A stretch of 63,198 nucleotides of DNA, counting the filler, from Octopus bimaculoides (lineage: Eukaryota), in the NCBI RefSeq assembly GCF_001194135.2. It is 8 parts of 6 records of this genome, joined end to end, with 100 filler letters (N's around TTAATTAATTAA, not from the genome) between each part and the next. Parts side by side here need not be neighbours in the genome. Positions count along the whole stretch, not along the records: positions 38,088 to 54,522 come from NC_068983.1; positions 54,623 to 60,409 come from NC_068989.1; positions 60,510 to 63,198 come from NC_068994.1; 5 more parts are not named here. One strand, written 5' to 3'. Positions within the stretch are counted from its first letter, which is position 1. Every line of letters starts with the position of its first letter. Below, piece by piece: positions 52,420 through 63,198 of the stretch. Position numbers and translations under genes: made by a program. The notes under the pieces are model-generated. The model did not search any database and was not told the origin of the DNA. It was given only the letters and a program-made list of their open reading frames with translations.

Positions 52420-52672
52420 AAAGTAAAGTTCCTTCCCGAGATATACACACTCATAGGACCAGTTTCCCCGGTTTCGATGGCGTATTTATTCCTCCACTGG
52501 ACTTGAAGTCGGTCCGTTCCAGGATAACTCATTTTTGCCCGTGTATTGTATGGAGTAACGTAAAATGTAGGGTCTTGAACCAAGAACACAACCCATCGCA
52601 CAGTTTAGAAATCAAAACCACAGTCTTACTATCATGAGTCCAATAGTGTAAACACTGAGCCACGCCACTCCA
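52420..52672 (-). mobile_element. Old SINE (related copy at 62900-63090)
   Basis: Both copies share aagttccttc...cccggtttc...actcattttt...caagaacacaac. Confidence 0.6.
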
Positions 52673-53283
52673 CTAAATATATCTATATTGATGGATGGAC
52701 GGACGGACGGATAGATAGACACACAGGCAGACAAATAGGTATATAGATAGATAGATAGATTGATAGATAGATAGATAGATAGATAGATAGAGTATTTTAC
52801 TCACTGAGCTCATAAAGTAGTCACTTATTAAGTGATAACATGAAGTTTAGTAATTTGTTAAGTGTACAGAAATAAGCAACAATAATTTATGAGATAATTC
52901 TAGCGTTTGTCTTTTTAACCTGAATGTATGCAAATCTATATCAACTGAAAATATAAACCGCGTACAACATTACTACTCGGCTTCAAAATTATAAAATTAT
53001 ATATGGCACAAAATTACATGTATACGAAAATCTATCTATTTCTCCCAATCTCTCTCAGTATATATTTATAAATGTTCTGAAACCTTTCACAGCCTTAGAT
53101 TTTTATCTCTTTCTGTAAAATGTTTCTATATAAACATATGCTGATATATGATCTACATTGCACTTCTCATTCGCATAACCACCGAACCTGGAGCTTAATT
53201 ATAGTATGTCCATAGGACTTACTCAGCATTATCTGACACATTTGGGTCTCCTTGACACCATTACCTCTCATAACTTTCTCACA

Positions 53284-53324
<41 letters not shown>

Positions 53325-53332
<8 letters not shown>

Positions 53333-53560
53333 TCTAAGACCGCCTTTGGCAGTAATTACCGCATGAATTCTATGAGGTATGAACTAATACAAAGTTTGAA
53401 TTGTTTCCAAAGGAATTTTTGTCCATTTTTCAGCTTAAACACTCTCCAGTTCTTTTAGTGTTGATGGTGGAGGATATTGACTCCTTACTTGTTTTTTTCT
53501 AAAATGCACCATAAATCTTCAATCGGACGTATTTGATCAGATAAGTAGTGATTACATCGT
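53325..53560 (-). mobile_element. Tc1 C-terminal remnant
   Basis: PIEDLWCILEK...QYPPPSTLKELE...KIPLETIQTLY...RIHAVITAKGG. Confidence 0.75.
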
Positions 53561-53639
53561 GAAACAAACGACTTTCTTCAGATAAATTAAAAACTTAATA
53601 TTTAAAATTGAAAATTTTGTCCGAAAAAATATCAAGATG

Positions 53640-54260
53640 TGGTATGTGTGTTGACTCTCCCATTGTGTTGACCCTCCTATTTTGACGACAAGTAAGAGAG
53701 TGAAGTTATACTGTATAATAGCCACATATCATATGGAAGAATGTCAAAAACCCGTCTATAGATAAAACTACACTACATTTTGTGCATTAAATAGTTATCA
53801 ATGAGCTTTTTCAGAAAAATATCAATGGTATCAGTGAATTTATTTCTAAATTTATCGAGAGTGTGACAATCGTAGCCATGAGATATTCCCAATCTATCGT
53901 CTCGGTATAGATCAATGTCGCGTGATCTTAGTGTATATAAAATAATGTTCACAGATGTCCACGCTGTGATACGGTCCCATCGATGTATAAAGAAATTCAT
54001 CTGTATCGGGGTTTTTAGCCCATGCTATGCCTTTACGAAATAGAAATGCTCTTGCTCGAATGCATGATAAAGTCAAGGTTTCTGTGATTTATTCAACATA
54101 TGGTTTTGCAACTCAATCGTCACATCAAAATGTGACTTCGATATTGAGAAACAACATTCTATAATATCAACCTGTGCAAATCTGGCCCTGCGTTAATTAT
54201 TTTCTTTAACTTAACATTTTTCCATCGTTTCACTTTTTGCATCAACCTTCTCGTTTTTTT
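53640..54260 (-). mobile_element. Penelope-like RT remnant
   Basis: FAQVDII...SISKSHFDVTIEFAKPYVE...; ILYTLRSRDIDLYRDDRLGISH (YRDDGL-type motif). Confidence 0.75.
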
Positions 54261-54622
54261 CTCAGGATTTCTTTTATTCAAGCGTCCTCACTTTGCAAAT
54301 TGATCAGGTCATGTGCTCAAAACCTACAGCGTTTGGAGACACAAGGTAGATTATACTTTGCCTACACTGGCATCGCCAGTGTATGAAAGTGTTAACAGCG
54401 CGTATATTCATAGTGTACATTAAATGATATTTATCACTTATTGGATGGAATGCTTGTTCTGTTGATCTTGCTTTCATGGAAAAGGTAACTACATATGTAT
54501 ATATATATATATATATATATATNNNNNNNNNNNNNNNNNNNNNNNNNNNNNNNNNNNNNNNNNNNNTTAATTAATTAANNNNNNNNNNNNNNNNNNNNNN
54601 NNNNNNNNNNNNNNNNNNNNNN

Positions 54623-54912
54623 TACCTAGCTCAGATACCAGGAAACCCCAAAATGGCTGAAGTCCAAAAGATAGTGCTCATGGGAACTGCCCATATCCTA
54701 CGTAAAATACTGTCTATGTGATCTCAAATTTTAAAGCAAACATAATTTTCTTATGGTTTCTTAAACATTCACTTGAACAAAACTGTACAAATCCAAATAT
54801 ATGGTACCCTAGGCATAACACCTACATGAACTTCTAACTTGTTGTCTCTTGAGGTCTCTGGGTGAGACTTGGATCCAACTTGTACAAATGCAAAACAAAA
54901 GTCAAACATAAA
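54623..54912 (+). mobile_element. 3' end of a second R4/Dong-type subfamily, followed by (AAT)n and SINE D (54940-55150, -)
   Basis: YLAQIPGNPKMAEVQKIVLMGTAHILRKILSM*, then a 3'UTR and (AAT)n. Confidence 0.8.
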
Positions 54913-55187
54913 ATAATAATAATAGTAATAATAATAATCTTTTCTATTATAGACAGCAGGCCTAAAATTTTGGGGTCGGCAGGCTAGTCGATTACATCGA
55001 CCCCAATGCAAAATTGGTGCTTATTTTATCGACCCGAAAGGATGAAAGGCAAAGTCAACTTCGGCGGAATTCAAACTCAGACGTTAAGGCGGGTGAAATG
55101 CCGCTAAGCATTTTGCCCGGCCTGTTAATGATTCTACCAAATCGGCGCATTACCTAATAATAAAAATAATCATAATCATGATGATGA

Positions 55188-55312
<125 letters not shown>

Positions 55313-56393
55313 ATAAGATAGATAAAAAGATGTATAGATAGATAGATAGATGATAGATAGATATGAACACACGATATATGTATATACAGAAACGAAGCAT
55401 AAATACAATGATATATACATACGGAAGTACACATACCCTTTCTTAAGTAAATATATGTATCACGCATATGTTTGTGTGTACATGTGTATATACGCTTGCA
55501 TGTATTTCACTACATTTATACATATATATATAACAGCCACTCTATCAGTTATATGACAGTAAAAACGGTTAAACTGTTTGCTTTCAATGATAAAGATACG
55601 TTGAGAATAATGAAAATATTTGTCTAGCTTTACTTCCTACTATTCACATTTCTGTCTTTTGTCTGATATTGTTGTAATATGACGGTGAACAAACACCAAC
55701 CTGGTTTAGCTTGTCAATTGTTTAACGTGTGTTCGATTCTGGTTGCCAGGCGAACAAGATATGTACACAGTGCATATTGTTGACATTGAAGTGTACAATA
55801 TAGGGAGTAAAAATTAATAAATGTTCATTGCATTCACTATTTACATATGTATGTATGCATGTATGTACGTATGTATGTATGCATGTATATTTGTATGTAT
55901 GTTTGTACGCATGTATGTGTGTGTATGTGTCTATCTATCTATATGTTTATCTGTCTGTATGTATGTCTATCTATCTATCTATCTATCTATGGGTCATGAC
56001 GTCACTGTCGGTGATGTCATGACCCATATATGCATGTATATATATATATATATACATTATATATATTACATTATTATATATGTGTATGTGTGCGTGTGTG
56101 TATGTATATATATATCTTTTATCGTTTACTTGTTTCAGTCATTAGAATGCAGCCATGCGGGTGCACCTCGTTGAAGAATTTTCAAGTTGAATAAATCAAC
56201 ACTAGTATATACTTATTTTTATGTTAAGCTTGGTAATTATTCTATTGGTCTGTTTTACTGAACCGGTAGATTTCAGGTGCATAAACACATTAGAAGCGCT
56301 TGTCATACCGTGGTGAGGGACAAACGTACACACATATACACAAGCACATATATATATACATACATATAAATATATATATATATATTTGTGTGT

Positions 56394-56444
<51 letters not shown>

Positions 56445-56451
56445 TATATAT

Positions 56452-56674
56452 ATAAATAAATAAATGGAGTTCAACGCAGGTGTTATTCAAATCTTTTTAC
56501 TTGCGACATATGTTACAAAGAAAACATTGGTATTATTCCAGAAGGAATAAAATGATGAAAAACAATGCAATCTTCTCATTCCTTCAGGAATGATACCAAC
56601 GTTTTCTTCGTAACATATGTCGGAAGTAAAAAGATTTGAATAACACCTGCGATTAACTCCATTTATTTATTTAT
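56452..56674. mobile_element. Fold-back MITE-like element (97-nt arms)
   Basis: Arms at 56452-56548 and 56578-56674 differ at 7 positions. Confidence 0.75.
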
Positions 56675-56830
56675 CTATCTGATACAAAGACATTTCACCA
56701 AAACCTGGAATTTTTACCTTTAAAAGTAGGCTGTTACATCCTTGGCACTTTTAAGAATTTTTGCTGCCCTGATAACTAATTTTTTTTCCGTGTTATTTGT
56801 AAACATTGAAAATACACATACCTTTATGTA

Positions 56831-56893
<63 letters not shown>

Positions 56894-56971
56894 NNNNNNN
56901 NNNNNNNNNNNNNNNNNNNNNNNNNNNNNNNNNNNNNNNNNNNNNNNNNNNNNNNNNNNNNNNNNNNNNNN

Positions 56972-57016
<45 letters not shown>

Positions 57017-59349
57017 CATACATACATATACATATATTGGGTGCATGTGTGTATGTATATCTATTTGTGTGTGCGTGTGTGTGTATGTGTGTTCAATTAA
57101 TGATAGCGCTGAAATATGATTGTCATAAAACAAATTTTTATCTAATACGGTAAACACAGAGTTGAACAAGATTTCTTAGAAAGCCGAAGCTTAGGAGTGA
57201 TGACAGCCGCTGCACTGTTCCGTGGTTCCGTTTTATCAGGCGACTAGTCATACTCATGAGTGGATTCTATTTATAGAAAAGGAATCATACCCATAAAATA
57301 TATAATAATTTCTACTACGTTAATACGTAAAACAATTATACTGGTTTAGAACAGAATATAAACATTAAACGTAAATGCAAAATGTAAAGACAGAATCATG
57401 TGGGAAGGAGAGTGAAGTTGTAAATATAATTAAAGTCGTTTACGCCATAAGAATTTATAATCTTCGAGACAAGGTGAAAAAAATTATATTTACTCCTCTC
57501 GAAATAAATATAACGCTACAAAAAATAACATGTTTGATACAATAAACCCCATTGGATGGAAAAACAAATTCGAAGGCCACGCGTGGGACACCAATAAATA
57601 TTTTTACTGAACGTAAAACTTTTGGTTTGTTGTGTTCTTGTGATCGCAATAAAATGAATGACATCAATATTCTGTGGAAGTAAACATGAAAACATATTCG
57701 CCTATACGTAAGACTGACTGTGTGATGTGTGATGAAGTTTGTACGTAGACATAATTCGTCGGCAATATATTGTTTAAATGAAATATAGCAATCAGCAGAA
57801 TAATTAATAAATTATATATCACAACATTCTATACTTTCTCAGATAAAATGTTTGCAACTTACCTGTTAATAACCAACTCCACCCACCAGAAAAAGTACAA
57901 AAATATAATAACTTGTAAATCAGTTTAACACTGGGAAATTTTAATTATTTAACGTAAAGAAGCAATACAAATATAATGAGACGCATTCATTAAATATTTG
58001 TTATTAAACTAATGAGACATCTGGCTTTGATGTGATTCAGGAATTTCATTTAGTTGTGGTGGAATATTTCACAAAGCTACGTGTAATTCTATTTCTTCAG
58101 ATAAGAGGTGATGTAGCCTCGGTTTGATGTTCGTTAATGAGAACACCAAATTTGTATAAATATGTGCCATAAAACATCAGTAACACTTTTAAATCTTTTT
58201 CTGCAATCCGTGAATATTCTTTTATATCGTTATGCTGCAGAAAGATGATTACTACTGTAGGAATCTTCGTATAATGATGAAATTATTATACCCGCTAAAC
58301 ATTATTGATGGGGGAAGAAAAAAAATGGAATGCTGTGTCTTGTTGCTGAGTTAAATGTTTGCGCATTAATATCTGTTTTATACTTCCGTATGTCTGCATT
58401 GCAAAATCATGGCGAAAGTTTTCTCTCTCCATGGCGTATTTTTTTGCCTATGATGCCTGATTTGGGGAGAAGGCGTCTATTTTTTTCAGTCGTAACAAAT
58501 AATTTGTATACATAGTAGGGATCCGTTTAGAAGATTTAATGGACCATATACTTCTGTGAGTCTGCATTGCAAAAACACGCTTAAGTCTGTTTTCTCAATG
58601 ACGTTTGTTTTATTTACCTAATAGCGAATTTCTGGAGAAATTCTCACTCGTTGAAACAACTGACATACTAGTTGTCCCAGTATCAATTCATTAAGATAGT
58701 CTCCGAATTGAAATAATCAGCAAAATCATAACTTAATCTAACACACAAACCATTGAATGTTAAATGACGAGCCTAAGCAAGATTTCACTCTATGATAAAC
58801 ATCCTCATATCTTTTTTCAACGTGAAAATGAAGTTGCAGTAGGGTTCGGGAAATGTTTGAAGAAGTAGGATTGTTGAGTTGTATAAGGATAATTATTCTC
58901 CCAACTCAATTTCCGCAGTGAAGATCTTTCCCTGTCTGTATGTACATGAATTTGTTAAATACGAATGCTCACCAAAATTTTAGTTTGATTATCCATACTT
59001 TGTTTGTCTTTTGGTAATTGACTGGGTTTAGCTTAGAAATAGTTTGCACATACCACTAAATTTATTTGCCGCAAGCACAAAAGAACAACAGTTCATAAAG
59101 GGCTATAATGATGCCTTGCGTATCAACAACTGAAAAAAAACATAACGATGCAGAAATATACATGAAATACGAAAACAAAAGAGTTGAAGATATAAACAAC
59201 AAGAGAAACCAATGGAAAACAGGACAAGTAACATAAAGAAAAACCCTTCATCAGTTGTTGGCTGTTCATCTGCTCCTCATTTCGAACATTGAACGACATG
59301 TTTGTATTTCTTGTTGTTTACGGTTTGTGACGTCCTGTTCTCATATATG

Positions 59350-59430
<81 letters not shown>

Positions 59431-59573
59431 NNNNNNNNNNNNNNNNNNNNNNNNNNNNNNNNNNNNNNNNNNNNNNNNNNNNNNNNNNNNNNNNNNNNNN
59501 NNNNNNNNNNNNNNNNNNNNNNNNNNNNNNNNNNNNNNNNNNNNNNNNNNNNNNNNNNNNNNNNNNNNNNNNN

Positions 59574-59761
59574 GTATTAGGGAAAAGAACCAAGGTTCAT
59601 GAACTCATCGATGATAATCCACTGTCACATATAGGAAAATTAATAAGTAAAAGCACAATAAATAAGTATAATATAATACAAAGTAAATATCATAAGATCA
59701 AGATATGTGACAGTGGATTTTCATCGATGAGTTCATAAACCTTGGTTCTTTTCCCTAATAC
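59574..59761. repeat. Inverted duplication of a PLE pLTR-like sequence (same family as 41320-41430)
   Basis: 59-nt arms at 59574-59632 and 59703-59761 with 2 mismatches and a 70-nt spacer. Confidence 0.8.
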
Positions 59762-59774
59762 TATATATATATAT

Positions 59775-59827
<53 letters not shown>

Positions 59828-60310
59828 TGTGTGTATGTGTATTAATATTTAGTAAAGCAGCAGAGTGACTCTAGATGAAGAGTTTTGTGCGTTAGAGCAA
59901 CAAACTAGTTTGATAAGTGCTTAATATTTGTTACAAACTTTGACACGTTGACGGCCGAAATGATGCTAAGCATTTTGCTCGACCTGCCAATAGATACACA
60001 GTTTTATTGAATCAAGGGTTCTGTTTAAAGTGAACCCTTGATTCAATAACACTGTGTATAAACTCTGTATTTGGAATGACCAATTTCAAAGACTGTTGGA
60101 TTTTACTCATAGGGCATTGGAATTTTAATAATGGATTTACAAATGCAATGACCAATCTTAAAGATTATTGGATTTTACTCACAAGGTTTTGGATTCTTAT
60201 ATGTATACTATTCTGCCTAAACAATGGATTTACAAATACAATATCCCTGCATTCACTCTCTATTTCCTATCTTATCTAAATTAACTATTGCTTAACCATC
60301 CTCTCTTACC

Positions 60311-60358
60311 GTCTCCGATGAAGGGATATAATAAATATCCTGGAAACAGCTGTAAGAC
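60311..60358 (+). ncRNA. Minimal type-I hammerhead-like motif (U4C variant) in a pLTR-like repeat
   Basis: GTCT CCGATGA a GGGATAT aataa ATATCCT g GAAAC AGCT GTA AGAC. Confidence 0.55.
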
Positions 60359-60660
60359 CTTCTATTTTATAAATGTTCTAAAATATACACAGCCTTGGTT
60401 TTTTATCTCNNNNNNNNNNNNNNNNNNNNNNNNNNNNNNNNNNNNNNNNNNNNTTAATTAATTAANNNNNNNNNNNNNNNNNNNNNNNNNNNNNNNNNNN
60501 NNNNNNNNNATATTGACATGAACATACACTTATTTGTACATACGAATACATCACATATATCACAATACATACGAGTACATCACATATATATACATACACA
60601 CACATACACACACATACACACACACATACACATATATATACATATATTTATATATATGTA

Positions 60661-60712
<52 letters not shown>

Positions 60713-60713
60713 T

Positions 60714-60766
<53 letters not shown>

Positions 60767-61109
60767 GACACATACATATATTCGACGATGAGTTAATCTA
60801 ATACTAAATCCAATTGCTATAACTTCATGACAGGAAATTGAAATCATGATCTTATAAGTCCCAATCGTTGTGAATTGTATCTCTCTACTGTCCATCTCTT
60901 TTACAAATCTCATAAATGAGAATATTTTTGCCAATTTTTCGGCCATCTTAATATTCTACCTCTTCTCGTTATTCTGTAAATTTCATTATTATGTTATTTT
61001 ATATTCAATATATTTTCATTATGTTATGTATTATTATTGTAATGCATTCTTCATTTCATTATTCTATAAATTATATTATATTAATTTATGTACTATACAT
61101 ACATACATG

Positions 61110-61141
<32 letters not shown>

Positions 61142-61195
61142 CAGACAGACAGACAGACAGACATACAGACACAGACACAGACGCACACACACACA

Positions 61196-61227
<32 letters not shown>

Positions 61228-61245
61228 NNNNNNNNNNCACACACA

Positions 61246-61277
<32 letters not shown>

Positions 61278-61487
61278 TACACACACATATTTATCAGCTC
61301 TATATGTACTCACCGACAGCTCTATGTGGTCATGAATTTTGCTTCACAACCACAATGGTCCGGTTTCGATTCCATATACATACATATATTCTATCTCGTT
61401 GCACCTACCAGCAAAATGCTGTCTCTATAGAGGCGTATGGATTTACCGATGTGAAGATTGACTGAGGTAGTAAATCAAATCAATCAA

Positions 61488-61577
<90 letters not shown>

Positions 61578-61611
61578 AAAGATATTATTATTATTAATAC
61601 ATAATAACAAC

Positions 61612-62235
61612 AAATAAGGTAAAGGATGACTCGTCCGAGAAAATAACATTCTTCCGCTACTCTAGAGACCAATTCTGTAGGTTTTTACTCCACACTAAAC
61701 GCTTTGCAACGTTTGTTTTTGAAAGTAGTGCTTTTCTGATTGTAGCCCTCCCTTGAAATCCAGCTTTGTGCAGCTCCCGGCGAACAGTTTTATGTGGAAA
61801 CTGCGTTCTCGAGGTGGTCATTAATCTCTGCAGTAATTTTGGGAGCTGTACTTTTGTGATCCTTTCTAATAATTCGCGTAAGAGTCCAACGGTCCCTATC
61901 TGAAAGTTTTGGTTTCCTACCGTAGTTTTGTTTCGACGAGGACGTTTTTCCCTCTTTCTCAAAGGTTGTCGTTACTTTCGAGACAGTACTTCTTGATACC
62001 CCAAACATTTCGGCTGTTTTCATTACGCTAGCGCCTGTCATTTTAATGAATTCTAATTAACTTTTTCTGATGATATCTGTAAAGAAACAGCAATTTTGGC
62101 AAAACATATTAAGCAACACTAATAATAAATCAAAAACATAAAAATAAACAAGCTTTTGACGGTTTTATAGATATTTCAAAATTATGATGCTGTGATGCTA
62201 GGTGTTTCCATTAGTTTGTCCACAATTAGACTACA
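61612..62235 (-). mobile_element. Tc1 transposon 5' part (HTH to first catalytic Asp) with TIR
   Basis: GASVMKTAEMFGVSRSTVSKV...GRKPKLSDRDR...TVRRELHKAGFQGR...VIFSDESSF; the TIR resembles that at 31434. Confidence 0.88.
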
Positions 62236-62292
62236 CAATGCGTACACACGCATATACATGTGTATATATGCATACAAATTAGAAGTATATGC

Positions 62293-62622
62293 AAACAGGC
62301 GAGGCTTCCCAACTACATGTTTCGGGGGTAAGTTTCTTCTGCTGAAACCTCTTACCGACCAAAGCCGTGTGAGTGGATTTAGCAGATGGAAACTGAAAGA
62401 AGATAGATAGATATACGTATGTATTTATATGTGTGTGTGTGTGTGTGTCTGTGTTTATGTTCCCGTAACGTAGCGGTTCGGCAAAAGGGACCGATAGAAT
62501 AAGTACTAGGCTTACAAAGAATAAGTCTTGAGGGCGATTTCTTCGACTAAAGAGCCATTTATTGCGGTGCTCCAGCACGGCCTCAGTCAAATAAATGGCT
62601 CAAACAAGTAAAAAAAAGAAAC
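62293..62622 (+). mobile_element. SINE family B (diverged); tail fragment also at 56110-56330(-)
   Basis: Aligns to 7599-8000. Confidence 0.8.
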
Positions 62623-63198
62623 GAATAAAAGAATACGTGTATTTATATATTCCTAAACACAGAGATATCGGTAATGTAGTATCTGTTTCTCTACTATCGA
62701 ACTTTGGGAGTTTGCCAGGCATTGATAAATGGTGAGAAATGTTATTATTTAATAAGCATGTCTAGACCCATAAATAAAACATAAAGAAACGAAGAGGAAA
62801 GTATAAAAGCAATCGAAGTAAAGAAGCTGGAGATTATTCAAAAAATATTTAGAGCAGCAGTTATGTGATAAATGCAGAAAGAACTCTAAAAAGTAGTGAA
62901 GTTCCTTCGCGAGTGATATAGAGTCACAATGCCGCTTTCCCGGTTTCCCGGTCGTATATATTTTGCCGCCTGTATGCGGCGCTGGTCCGTGGCGGAATTA
63001 CTCATTTTTAGCGGCTGAATGAACTGGAGCAAAGTGAGATGGAATCTTTTGCACAAGAACACAACACGTTGCCCGGCCCGGGAATCTGACTTCCCTCTAC
63101 TCTCCTCTCTTCATCTGACACCTACTTCCTCTCTTCACTCCTACCCACCCCTCCTCTCTTGCTCTGACAACTGCTCTCTTCATTGATACCCCCTCCAC

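Overview
AT-rich, microsatellite-dense animal genomic DNA with many assembly gaps. The SINE/LINE families and microsatellite load look like an Octopus/cephalopod draft genome; this is an inference I cannot verify here. The only host gene I can support is a trimeric purine nucleoside phosphorylase (PNP) on the + strand. Four coding exons (3207-3310, 4446-4621, 5805-5995, 9332-9534) have canonical GT-AG sites and splice in frame; the 5' exons are not in the window. The rest is mostly decayed mobile DNA: at least four SINE-like families, a 2.75-kb R4/Dong-type RLE LINE sitting in a (TAA)n tract, RTE and CR1-like LINE fragments, several Penelope-like (PLE) RT and GIY-YIG remnants, Tc1, mariner, DD37D(maT) and Chapaev-like remnants, a piggyBac-type MITE and a Helentron-type element. 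The most unusual signal is a set of five sequence-distinct minimal type-I hammerhead-ribozyme-like motifs (1901, 15824, 35779, 41457, 60311). One has an intact core (41457-41570, minus strand) and one lies behind a fold-back tRNA-like head. Several long fold-back hairpins are also present. Nearly all ORF-track entries are microsatellite or gap artefacts. There is no CRISPR array and no rRNA.
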